Positions 26,712 through 43,329 of a stretch of 64,000 nucleotides of DNA are shown piece after piece. This stretch comes from the human T2T-CHM13v2.0 reference genome, Homo sapiens. The notes below the pieces were generated by a model. It did no database searches and was not told the origin of the DNA. It was given only the letters and a program-made list of their open reading frames with translations. Each line of letters opens with the position of its first letter. Position 1 is the stretch's first letter. The DNA lies in NCBI RefSeq assembly GCF_009914755.1, contig NC_060946.1, one strand, 5' to 3'. The position numbers were made by a program, and so were the translations under genes.

Positions 26712-27534
26712 GTAAGGGGGTCAGGGACCAGGACTGGGCTCCAGCACCGGACTGGACATCTCCCTCGGGGCCCCAGTTCACTCCTGGCCGAGTTGCGTCC
26801 TTGAGCCCGCGTCACCCCCTTGGAGGCTTCTCCTCCCTCCTGCAATCGCTGATGCGGCAGCCGGAGGACCCGGGACCAGTCATCACCTTGGGCGGGATTT
26901 GTGGGGTGGGTGCGTGTTGGGAACTGTGATGAGGCTCGAGGGGCCCGTGGGCGGTGTGGGCTTCGCGCGGACATCCCCTTACGCCCCGAATTTCCATCTG
27001 GTGCAGACTTCTCATCTTGTAGGCGAAGAAACCGAAGGCCTGAGGGAGAAATGACTTGCCAGGAACCCCTGTTAAGAAAAATTAACAAAGTGTGGTTATC
27101 AAAGGAGAACTGAGTTAGGATTCAGACCTGGAGTCTCACACCCTTGGTTTAGACATTATACCACCTTGAGTCTGGCCTGTTGACTGAGGGTGAGCCACTC
27201 CATCCTTGTCTGATTGTAGGGTCTTGACCTCAAGGGGTTTCCTGCAGGAAGAAGCAAATGGGTTTGCTTTCCTAGCTCTGTCCAGTACCTTAGGGACCCT
27301 GAGAACTGGAGAGATTCTTGGAGAGCCATCTGGTGTATGTCATGGGTGGGCCTTGTTTGAAGGTCAGTCTGCGCGTGGGCTGGCTCAGCCCGAATGAACT
27401 CTCTTGAATCTTTGGAGTTGTCTGTGTACTTTTAAGGGTTTCTCATCCTTGCACCAAAAGATCCCCTGGAAATTAGGTGGGAAAGCCTTAACTTTTGTGG
27501 AGCCTTGTATTTGTCTTAAAAGTTCATGCACATA

Positions 27535-27797
27535 GCCAGGTGTGGTGGCTCACACCTGTTATCCTGTCCTGGATCCCTTGAGTCAAGGAGTTTGAGACCA
27601 ACCTGCACAATATAGTGAGACCCCATCTTTACAAAAAATAAAATATTAGCCAGGAGTGGTTGTGCACATCTGTAGTCCTAGCTACTACTGTGGCTGAGGC
27701 AGGAGGAGCACTTGATCCTGCACTGAGCTGTGATCTCACCAGTGTACTCCAGCCTGGGCCACAGAGCAACACCTTGACTCAAAAAAAAAAAAAAAAA
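27535..27797 (+). mobile_element. AluJ with internal deletions
   Basis: gccaggtgtggtggctcacacctg...actccagcctgggccacagagc, followed by an A17 tail. Confidence 0.88.
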
Positions 27798-27918
27798 CCA
27801 ACAAGAAAAATTCTTGAAGATTTTTCATTCTGTCCCACTATCCATTTGTTTTCATGTCAAGATAATGTCAGAAATTCTTTACAATTGCTTCCAGAAGGAG
27901 TAGCCTTTTGATCTAGTG

Positions 27919-28109
27919 CACAGGTGTCCAGTCTTTTGGCTTCTCAGGGCCACATTGGAAGAAGAATGCTCCTGGGCCACAGATAAAATACACTACTGCT
28001 AACAATAGCTGATGAGCTTAAAAAAAAAAGGTTTGTGCATAATTTTCATGATACCCACCACCACAGATAGGCGGAAAAGTCCTTGTAGTCAAAGGGTTGG
28101 ACACGGCTG
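27919..28109 (+). mobile_element. MER30 (MER30B-like) hAT-Charlie MITE with perfect 8-bp TSD
   Basis: ggtgtccagtcttttggcttc...gggttggacacggctg. TSD ATCTAGTG at 27911-27918 and 28110-28117. Confidence 0.88.
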
Positions 28110-28473
28110 ATCTAGTGTCTTGTCGTCCGTTTTGTCTTTCTCCCTGATTCCAGAATGCAGATAGAGATGTAGAGACATGCTCTCAGGACAGCTGTTGAGA
28201 TAAAAAAATTCGTTGTCATTTATTCCCAAGGACAGCTGTTTGTCATTTGCATTGAAAAAGTCTCCATTCAAACTGCTGTCACATATAAAATCTACTTATA
28301 TGTCTGTATTTTTCTGTTTTCTTGGCCTTTGTGGGCAGTAGTGTGTTTTAACTGAGCAAACTGTCCTTCCAAATAATGAAGCCGAAGTCAGCCTACCTGC
28401 TTGCCATTTTTCTTCCCCTTCCATTTTTCTAACCTCAGGATGATTGTAAGAATGAATTAAGATTTGTGTTTAA

Positions 28474-28620
28474 GGCCGGGCACAGTGTCTCAGGCCTGTA
28501 ATCTCAGCACTTTGGGAGGTGGAGACGGATGTATCATTTGATCTCAGGAGTTGAAGACCAGCCTGGGCAACATACTGAGACTCCGTCTTGTATAATTAAA
28601 TTAAAATTTAAAAAAAAGAG
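28474..28620 (+). mobile_element. Free left Alu monomer (FLAM_C-like)
   Basis: Single monomer with an A-rich tail. TSD AAGATTTGTGTTTAA / AAGACCTGTGTTTAA. Confidence 0.85.
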
Positions 28621-29491
28621 AGAAAAGACCTGTGTTTAAAATTTTAAAAAAGGATCGAAGGTGTAATGCAAAATGTGGACTATGCTAGCTATGATTGGGA
28701 AAAATAATTTTTCATACAGCATTATCTGTTGACTTGTATTAGCAGCATACTGGTCATAAGCTTTCTGCTTTCATCAAATATGATGAGGTAAGCTACTTTA
28801 AAGTGTGGTGGGTCTTTCTTCCGCATGGCTCCTGGAGGTGTTGAGTCCCAATTTAGCCAATTAATTTGGGTTTAGTTTTGATATGGATAAGGGAGACCAG
28901 CTTCATTCATGATGCACACACAGTTTTGCCAGTAAGGAAAAAAAAAGCAACCTGAATGTTCCTGCTCATTAGATGCTATCTGGAGAGCTCCTACCCCACC
29001 ACCACAAAGGCCCTGTCCCTTAAAAAGACTCAATGCAGCCTTTCTGCATCTCATACTGTATTCTGCAAGATGCTCCTGTGAAAGAAAGTTGTGCTGCATC
29101 AGCCATCTCCCTCCTGAAGATCCCTGCGGATGAGGATTTGTGTTTTAAAGGTTGTCAGAAGTCCTGCCACAACAGTTCTCACACTTATATGTCCAGGGGA
29201 TCTTTTCTTCCACTGAACATAGTTGGGGAGACATGGCCTTAAGCCTTGAGCAGAGAAAGAGACAAGAAACTGTTGGCTCACTTACAACCAAGTGTTGTGT
29301 TTATGTTTTAGGTTTCTATGAAACTGAGGTGCTGTTTGAGGTTCTGAATCAAATTGGGTGGTTGAAAAGAGGCTGGTATCCCTGTAGACGTTGCCAGCCA
29401 TGAGAGGTTGACTTTTGTTGAAGGAGGTGTTTTACAAAGGGAAATAGGGTGTTTCCCGGGCATCACATTAGCACTTAAATACATGTATCAC

Positions 29492-29927
29492 TGAAATGAA
29501 ATGAAATGATGAAATGATGGCATGAAATGAAATGAAATGATGAAACGAAATGATGAAATGAGGAAATGAAATGAAATGATAAAATGATGAAATGAAATGA
29601 TAAAATGATGAAATGAAATGAGATGAAATGAAATGGTGAAATGATGAAATGCTGAAATGAAATGAAATGATGAAATGAAATGATGAGATGAAATGAAATG
29701 ATGAAATGATGAAATGGAATGATGAAATGAAATGAAACGACGAAATGAAATGGTAAAATGAAATGAGCAAATGAAATGAAATGCTGAAAGGAAATGATGA
29801 AGTGAAATGGTGAAATGAAATGAAATGAAGAAATGGTATGAAATGATGAAAGGAAGAAATGGTATGAAATGATGAAATGAAATGATGAAATGAAGTGAAA
29901 TGATGAAATGATGAAATAATGAAATGA
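29492..29927 (+). repeat. (GAAAT)n/(GAAATGAT)n satellite-like simple repeat
   Basis: Directly visible pentamer with GAT insertions; abuts the L1 5' end. Confidence 0.93.
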
Positions 29928-30125
29928 GGGGTGGAGCCAAGATGGCCAAATAGGAAAAGCTCTGGTCTACAGCTCCCAGCGTGAGCGATGCAGCAGATGG
30001 GTGATTTCTGCATTTCCATCTGAGGTACTGGGTTCATCTCACTAAGGGAGCGCCAAACAATGGGTACAGGACAGTGAGTGTAGCCCACCGTGTGGGAGCC
30101 GAAGCAGGGCGAGGCATTGCCTAAC

Positions 30126-30380
30126 TCAGGAAGCACAAGGGGTCTGGGAGTTCCCTTTCCTAGTCAAAGAAAGGGGTGACAGACGGCACCTGGAAATTCG
30201 GGTCACTCTCACCCTAATACTGCACTTTTCCAACAGGCTTGGAAAACGGCACACCAGGAGATTGTGTCCTGCACCTGGCACAGAGGGTCTTATGCCAATG
30301 GAGTCTTGCTGATTGCTAGCACGGCACTCTGAGATCAAACTGCAGGGCGGCAGCGAGGCTGGGGGAGTGGGGCCCACCAT
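30126..30380 (-). CDS. L1 antisense ORF0, open (84 aa); expression unknown
   Basis: ATG at 30380 in context gctATGG. MVGPTPPASLPPCSLISECRASNQQDSIG... matches recalled ORF0 MAGAPPPASLPPCSLISDCCASNQRDSVG. No stop until 30126. Confidence 0.6.
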   Translation of the reverse strand: MVGPTPPASLPPCSLISECRASNQQDSIGIRPSVPGAGHNLLVCRFPSLLEKCSIRVRVTRISRCRLSPLSLTRKGNSQTPCAS

Positions 30381-30956
30381 AGCCCTGGCTTTCTTAGGTA
30401 AACAAAGCAGCCAGGCAGCTGGAACTGGGTGGAGCCCACAACAGCTCCAGGAGGCCTGCCTGCCTCTGTAGGCTCCACCTCTGGGGGCAGGGCACAGACA
30501 CACAAAAAGTCAGCAGTAACCTCTGCAGACTTAAATGTCCCTGTCTGACAGCTTTGAAGAGAGGAGTGGTTCTCCCAGCACACAACTGGAGATCTGAGAC
30601 TGGGCAGACTGCCTCCTAAAGTGGGCCACTGAACCCCGAGCAGCCTAACTGAGAGGCACCCCCCTGTAGGGACAGACTGACACCTCACTCGGCCGGGTAG
30701 TCCTCTGAGACCAAACTTCCAGAGGAATGATCAGACAGCTGAATTTGTGGTTCACGAAAATCCGCTGTTCTGCAACAACTGCTGCTGATACCCAGGCAAA
30801 CAGGGCCTGGCGTGGACCTCTAGTAAACTCTAACAGACCTGCAACTGAGGGTCATGTCTGTTAGAAGGAAAACTAACAAGCAGAAAGGACACCCACACCA
30901 AAAACCCATCTGTACATCACCATCATCAAAGACCAAAAGTTGATAAAACCACAAAG

Positions 30957-31960
30957 ATGGGGAGAAAACAGAGCAGAAAAACTGGAAACTCTAAAAAGCA
31001 GAGTGCCTCTCCTTCTCCAAAGGAACGCAGTTCCTCACCAGCAACGGAACAAAACTGGACAGAGAATAACTTTGACGATTTGAGAGAAGAAGGCTTCAGA
31101 TGATCAAACTACTGTGAGCTACAGGAGGAAATTCAAAACCAATAGCAAAGAAGTTAAAAACTTTGAAAAACAATTAAACGACTGTATAACTGGAATAACC
31201 AATGCAGAGAAATGCTTAAAGGATCTGATGGAGCTGAAAACCAAGTTTCAATAACTACGTGAAGAAGGCAGAAGCCTCAGGAGCCGATGCAATCAACTGG
31301 AAGAAAGGGTATCAGTGATGGAAGATGAAATGAATGAAATGAAAGGAGAAGGGAAGTTTAGAGAAAAAAGAATAAAAAGAAACGAACAAAGCCTCCAGGA
31401 ATTATGGGACTATGTGAAAAGACCAAACCTATGTCTGGTGTACCTGAAAGTGACGGGGAGAATGGAACTAAGTTGGAAAACACTCTGCAAGATATTATCC
31501 AGGAGGACTTCCCCAATCTAGCAAGGCAGGCCAACATTCAGATTCAGGAAACACAGAGAACGCCACAAAGATACTCCTCAAGAAGAGAAACTCCAAGACA
31601 CATAATTGTCAAATTCACCAAAGTTGAAATGAAGGAAAAAATGTTAAGGGCAGCCAGAGAGAAACGTCGGGTTACCCACAAAGGGAAGCACATCAGACTA
31701 ACAGCGGATCTCTTGGCAGAAACTCTTCAAGCCAGAAGAGAGTGGCTTTAAGAATACTCAACATTCTTAAAGAAAAGAATTTTCAACCCAGAATTTCATA
31801 TCCAGCCAAACTAAGCTTCATAAGTGAAGGAGAAATAAAATACTTTACAGACAAGCAAATGCTGAGAGATTTGCTTGCTCTAAAAGAGCTCCTGAAGGAA
31901 GCACTAAACATGGAAAGGAACAACTGGTACCAGCCACGGCAAAAACATGCCAAAATGTAA
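30957..31960 (+). pseudogene. L1 ORF1p, disrupted
   Basis: ATGGGGAGAAAACAG start. In-frame TGA at codon 49 (31101, CGA>TGA) plus frameshifts and deletions. Fragments such as RPNL, TPRHIIVKF, PRISYPAKLSF appear in different frames. Confidence 0.93.
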
Positions 31961-32023
31961 AGACCATTGAGACTAGGAAGAAACTGCATCAACTAACGAG
32001 CAAAATAACCAGCTAACATCATA

Positions 32024-35847
<3,824 letters not shown>

Positions 35848-36089
35848 ACAATGAGAACACATGGACACAGGAAGGGGAACATCACACTTCCGGGACTGTT
35901 GTGGGGTGGGGTGAGTGGGGAGGGATAGCATTAGGAGACCTACCTAATGCTAAATGACGAGTTCATGGGTGCAGCACACCAACATGGCACATGAACACTT
36001 ATGTTACAAACCTGCACATGGTCCACATGTATCCTAAGACTTAAGGTATAATAATAAAATAAAATAGAATAAAATAACAAAATATACAC

Positions 36090-36900
36090 TAATACAGATT
36101 GACCAACTAAAAAAATTGTAGAGAAAGGTCATTTAAAAAATATGAAGGATAGAGTAATAATCTAACACGTTGAAATCTAAGAAGGAGAAAACAGCTTGTC
36201 TGAACAGCATTTTAAGTGGCAATGTTAGAGGTTTTATCAAAATCGACCAATAATATTAAACCACAGGTTCAGGAGGCTTTGCAAAGCAAAGGAAAACACA
36301 CACAGAGGACACATCTAGAAACATAATGGGACAATTTCTGAAAAGTAAAAGAAAAATGTAAAGAGCACTTGATAAAAAAAAATTGGGCTAACTACAAAGA
36401 GAAAGAGGTAACTGATAACAACTTTCTCAAATGAAACAATGAAAGCCAACAAGTGAGGTATTGATATCTTTCAAGTCCTGAAATAAAATCAATGCTGACC
36501 TAGAACTGTCTACTTGGTGGACATATCCATCAAAAGCAAAGATACAATAAAGAATTTCTCCCAAGCAGACCCACAGGAAAAGAAATACTAAAGATTATTC
36601 TTCAGGTAGAAGAGCCATGATCCCTGATGAAAGTTTGCAGTTAGAAGAACAATTTTTTAATAAAAGAAATAAATATAGAAATTTAATTGGATATTGACTG
36701 TATAACAGAATGCTATCTCATAAAGTTTAAAATGTATCTTCCATAAAACGGCAGAAGCATATAAGTTGTGAGTTGGATAAATTAATTTTAAAATATTGTC
36801 AAGTTTTTTTTTTTTTTGCAAATAGACAGATGTATCAATTATATTAGACCCTGAATTCAGGAATGCACTTTGTATTAAACCAGGTAAAACATAACCAGAC
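36090..36900 (+). mobile_element. Old L1M ORF1-region remnant
   Basis: Degenerate A-rich L1M motifs (acacatctagaaacataat, gatatctttcaagtcctgaaa, acctagaactgtctac). Confidence 0.55.
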
Positions 36901-38374
36901 CAGATTTTTTAAATGGACTCTCTGAAAGTTTTTATAATTTATATTCATATTTCACATATGTTAAAAGTAAATAATGGAAAAGCATGCAATGCAAATATTA
37001 ACCAAAATATAGCTTTAGTTGTACTTATATTCACATTTTAAAAGATGGACACAGTTAAGTCTCAGTGATTTTTTTACACAACGGAGGCAACCTGTGCAGT
37101 TATAACTAGTATTATATTATGCTCTTGGCCTGATTACAGAAGGGAAAGGGGCGATCATACCAGACAATGGCAGAATGAAGCAACAAGGAATAGAGTTACA
37201 GAACATGATGCTGTAACTGGGACTGGAGTTACTCTTTTAGAGTTAAAGAATAGTAAACAGGACAAAATATATGAAACTTTTTTTGAAGTACAGAACATCA
37301 GGCAGCACAGTACTGTGCTCCGCAAGAGAAGAGAAGGAGCCAGAATGAGTCCTGCTTTATTCCCAGATTCTCCGTGACAGCAGTAGAGAGGAATCCCAGA
37401 GAGAGCAGACATTGTCATTGCACTGAGGAACCAGATAAAAATCAAAAAAGGTTAAGTAGCTGGAATGTGTAGTAGAAGAGAACGTTTACAGAAAAAGGAA
37501 ACAAGAATCAGCCTAAGGATTCTCCCAAGTCCCTAAGCCAAATGTACATAGGATGAAATTCTAAGGAGCTCAGCAAAGGACTCTACCAGGGAGTTGGAAG
37601 AAGAACACTTCCCTGGCATCACATGACAGCAAGACACGTCAGCTCTGACCAGCCAGAGAAGGGAATCCCCTCTGTACCTCCAGGATATTCAGTAAAGACC
37701 ACTGGAGGTTCATGCCCTGGTGACAGTGCTCATTTAGCTCCAAATTACAGATGGCTCTAGACTAACTCCACAACGTTTAAAGAGAAGATTTAAAACAACA
37801 ACAGAAAAATACTCATCCTGAAGTTACTGAACTGCCTGCCACAACATTGTTCAAAGGTAGCCAATCAAATCTAGATATTCAATAGCATAACACCAAAATA
37901 CCCCCCAAAAAAAGCTCTGGCATACAAAGATGCCGTAAGATATATATAATTAAGATACATATTAACAGGATAAAAATAAGTCATTTATAAATGACAGAGA
38001 AGAAGGAAATTTCAAGGTCCTTAAAGTAAATATATTTTATAAATACATATAGATAAATACATATATATGTCAAGGTACTTAAATGAAAATTGAACATAGG
38101 AGAAAAATAGAAGTTATAAAATGAAAAATGTGACATGTATAGATGGAAAATAAATATTTGAAATAAAAATTCCATGAGATAGAATAAGTAATGGATTTTA
38201 CCCTAACATCAGAAAATTTATAGAAAAAAAAAGAAGCTTCAAAAACTAAAGGACAATGGGTAAACTAAAATAAGAAAGCCAGAAGCTCACTGATACGTCA
38301 GACAATATGCAGCAGTGTAACATACATGTAATTATTGTCTCATAAAGGATGGGTGGGGGAATTATAGGTGAATA

Positions 38375-38561
38375 AAGAATGGTACACTCATTCCTGAGGG
38401 CACCGAGGAGGGAGGATAGCTTTAGATTTCTAAGGGAGGGTATTATCCATTCATGAAGGTCCAACCCCATGACCAAACACCTCCCAGTAAGCCCCACCTG
38501 CAACATTGGGGATCAAATTTTAACATGACATTGGAAGGGACAAGCATTCAAACCATTAGCA
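38375..38561 (-). mobile_element. MST (MSTB-like) MaLR LTR fragment
   Basis: ccattcatgaagg...cccatgaccaaacacctccc...gccccacctgcaacattggggatcaaattttaacatg...caaaccattagca. Confidence 0.75.
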
Positions 38562-39939
38562 AGAGTTAAATTTCCTTTTAAAAACAATCACTGATATGAT
38601 TCCATTTCGCCATAGATAAAAGCTAGTATTTCAGCCTACCATTGAGTGTACTTATAGCTCACCAAAAGGGCACTCTGTCTCGGGAATACAGATTTGCCTA
38701 GAGGTATCCTATTGCAATCAAAGAAGGAGCAATGAGGGATAGAAAAGGTTAGTGATGGAGACACCAGCGCTGCATTTTGCAACAAACAATGTAAAAATTT
38801 TACGGATTGGTTCTGCTAACTTACTACAGTTTACATTCCTCTCAGGTGGGAGAATTGTTGAGTTTTTTCTTAAGATAGAAAAGCAATTCAGATAATCTGA
38901 AATCTCCACAAGAAGGATAAGAAACACAGCAGAAACTATTCTAGGCAGGAAGTCAATCCTTTCAACTGTCTGTGCTCCATAGAAACAACTGTCTGCACTG
39001 GGAATCATATGCGGTACAGACCACAGCCAGACCTCTGATCCTCTCATTAGTGATTTCAGAAGAAATTACCAGTCAACTGAGTAATTCACTGAGTAAAGTA
39101 AACATTTGGCACTGAAAGAGGTTAGACGGATAACTATTAGTATCACCATATTCATGAAGCTGGAATATTTTCCATTACTGGTATCACATCCGAATGGAAG
39201 ATGTGAAAAAGTCTCTCATCTTGTAAGATGGATATGAAAGAACATTTTCTGGGAAATGAAATTATTAACACACCTGCGAGGTGGATGGAAGAGAAAAAAA
39301 AGAATAATCAGCTTGAGTTCTTCTCCTTGATAAGACAACTCACTAAAAACATAAAGAGAAAAATACAAGTTTAAAATAATTAACCAGAAGAAGACGACTC
39401 TAGAGTTTTTAAATTGCTGATAAGATTTTAATTTGCTCCAAGTTGAAAATAATTATATTGCTTGTGTTTTAAGGCACATAATGAGCAATTATATCACACG
39501 TGATAATTTCAGCAGTAAAATATCCGTTAACAGCTGGCACTCATAAAAGCATAGCACAATGTGAAGATGCAATTTGCTAAAATAAACCATCTGCTGAAAA
39601 CTGCTATTCTGCAAATTTAAAAATAAAGTTTAAATGTTATTTGTCTTATTTAATAGGTCTGTGAAAAAATGCGCTATTTGAAAAGTAGCTGCTACCTTAA
39701 TTCTTTATATTAGACGGCTGGTTACAGTAATGCACAGTAAGGTGCTACATAGATATATTGCTAAATTTTCTGCATATACTATGAATTTGGCTTAAATTAT
39801 TTGAAATTTTATAGTTAAAATAACAAATGTATATTTAAATGTTTTGACACAAATTACAAATATACGTTTAAAAAGCGTCTTACACTCTAAATATTATTTG
39901 TCACCTATATATTTGTCTTTTCTCTATAGGAAAGTTTAA

Positions 39940-40850
<911 letters not shown>

Positions 40851-41824
40851 TCCGTATGTACAATAAATATTATTGTGATTTTTAATCTTTTCTGTGGAGA
40901 AAACACAGGTGTGATTTCTAGTGTAGATGAACATCGTTTATTTGACAATATTGCACTTGTGTGTGGGTGTGTGCGTGCGTAGCTACTCTTTAATTTTGTT
41001 CTCACATAATGATTAGATATTAACAATTCAGTAAAATGTATGTTTTGCAATATTTCTCCATGTTACTATGCTTTAAATTAGTTTAATCATGCCCCTATAA
41101 TGTGTACATTTTAACCTTTGACTATAGGTCTCAATCTTACTTTGGTTCCTGTATTTGAATTTATGCTAATAAAGTCCTATAGCTAAAAAAGATTATATAA
41201 ACTTATCTGCATTTTTACTAGTATTCTGGTGTCATTTTAAATTATGTAATGAAATCAAATTTTAATTTGGATTATTGTTATCTGAGTTAAGGATCTAAAT
41301 TTTTAATTTTCTTATAAATATTACATAATTATTTCTGAACCATATATTGACTAATCTGCCCTTTGTATGATGTGCATTATAAGAGCTTGGGATTGTTTCA
41401 TTTGCAAAGATGAATGCTTGAGAAGTAGATATTTAATCATAACATTTCAAAATCTACTGGATAACCTAGAATTGAAAAATAGCCTATAGGTTGAAAAACT
41501 CCTGTAGTGAAGAAAGAAAATAACTAATATACAGTGACAATATAAATATTATAAGTATTTATTTTATTATCGCCCTGAAATTTGATAACACAAACATGTA
41601 ATATCTACATATCATCCATATATCAGGTCATAAAAAATCAATACATTCTTCAAAAATTTAGCGTAACAGAAAATGCACTCTCCTTGATGGAATTAAGTTA
41701 CAAATAAAAGTAAAAATAAGTAGATAAGTAGATGGAAGTAGATGTTTAAAAACAAAGAAAAATGTTTGTTTTGGATAACATAAAATCTCAATTGACAATT
41801 CCAATATTTCCAGAAATGTGCCTG

Positions 41825-42010
41825 TCAACTGGTGGAGAGTTTTCCCCAGGAGACATTTGTCAATGTCTAGGGTTATTGTGGGGATGTCAAGACTGGTGGA
41901 GGTGTGAAATTTAGAGGTCAAACGAAACACCTAGCATTGCTAGGGCAGCCTCCCACAACACAGAATCCTCTGGTCCTAAAGGTAAGTAGCACCAAGGTTG
42001 AGAAACCATA
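41825..42010 (+). mobile_element. MER20 hAT DNA transposon remnant
   Basis: ccccaggagacatttgtcaatgtctag...cccacaacacagaat...accaaggttgagaaacc. Confidence 0.7.
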
Positions 42011-42121
42011 ATCTAGACAGTAAACACTACGTAGCTATTCCAAGTGCTCAGGAAAACACATCAGTGCCCTCGAGGGGAGAAGTGTAAACATTTTAATTGC
42101 TGTACATGGTGACACAAATCC

Positions 42122-42578
42122 ATGTTGTTAATGTAAGTGGAAGGGGCTGAAGCACAAAACGTAATTCGAAGAGTTTACTTGAGCCAAAATGAGGACAGCT
42201 GCCTGAGAGAAACAGACCCAAGTATCCTTGGATATGAATTCCCTTTGGAGCTTTGCAACAAGCAGTTTCTTAAAGGCAAAAAAGGGTCCAGAAGTGGGAT
42301 GATGCAAAGAGGCTTGTCATAAATTCTCATTGGCTTATGGAAATGACATTTATTAGTGACTGGCTATACACTGTTACACTATTATTGGGTGTGGATTATA
42401 GTGTCTGGTGTGGCATTATTGGTTAATTTATAGCTAATGTGGCAACAGCAAGCAGCCTAGATGAACACACAGCTCAAAGAGGAGCAGGACAGAACTGCTG
42501 TCTCATTTGAATATCTCTCTGGGCCTGATTATTTAAAAGGACTTGCATTTCTCACATGAAAGTTATTTTCTTTTCTCA
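42122..42578 (-). mobile_element. ERV1 (MER4-group) solo LTR, family uncertain
   Basis: TG...CA termini (minus strand starts TGAGAAAAGAAAATAAC). The tttacttgagccaaaatgaggacagctgcc motif is typical of MER4-group LTRs. Confidence 0.5.
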
Positions 42579-42769
42579 ATGTCCATAAATGAGAATAAAT
42601 AGACGTAAAATAGATCTTTTTGAGGATGAAGTAAATGGAATGAAAAACAAAACCCAAGCTGACCAGAAATCATAGAGGGAAGAAAAGGTTATAAATATAT
42701 GGATTTTTCAAAGTGATTTTAAGCTATTAGGAATCAGTTAAATGTTGGGGGATTTTGTCTGAGTATGGG

Positions 42770-43309
42770 CTAAAGGAGAATGTCCCTTTTGCCTTCTGAA
42801 GTTTCCCTGAAAATCACTAATAAGAGGCAGATAAATAGTAGAAAAGGCATACAGGTTTCTGCAATGTGTGTACACTGGAGCCCTTAGAACGAAGACCCAG
42901 ACACACGATGCGTGCAGAAGCTTATCTACCACATGAAGTTTACAGAAAGAATGGGGTCTTGGATCACAGGGAAAAAAAAAAAAAGGTTATGTGAGAAAAC
43001 GACCCTGGCTAGCAACAGTGGACTTATTACGTAGGTGGAACCTCACTGGGAGCAGTCCTCAGAGAGAATAGACAGAAAATGTTTCTTTCAGACCTCTGGA
43101 GACCTCAGACTCTCAGTTAAACTTTCCTAGATCCAGACAAAGGGGCAGACCTCAGAGAAAGCCTGGCTGCATCGAGGCAGATTCTCTACCGATGCAAATC
43201 TCCCCAAGACAGCTTTGCAGCTATGTTTACATTTCCAGCCCTTCTGAATAGCCATTTTGAAATATATCAAGGAAATATATTTAGGGGTAAAATATATTAG
43301 TTTCCTTCA
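42770..43309 (-). mobile_element. MER34-like ERV1 solo LTR
   Basis: Ends gaaatatatttaggggtaaaatatattagtttccttca (minus strand TGAAGGAAAC...). Internal ctctcagttaaactttcctagatcc and gcagattctctaccgatgcaaat. Confidence 0.7.
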
Positions 43310-43329
43310 TACAGCTATAAAACATGCAG

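Larger units (their letters stand above)
26712..29490 (+). other. Probable KSR1 intron-1-derived sequence
   Basis: Follows the donor site and has higher GC than the rest of the island. The distal extent is inferred, not aligned. Confidence 0.5.

Noticed and set aside
26481-29490. Functional KSR1 gene
   Set aside because: Only exon 1 is present, the first ATG is lost, there are about 15% amino-acid differences, and the context is satellite-embedded.
29468-30136. 222-aa and 153-aa His/Phe/Ser-rich ORFs
   Set aside because: Translation of the (ATTTC)n simple repeat.
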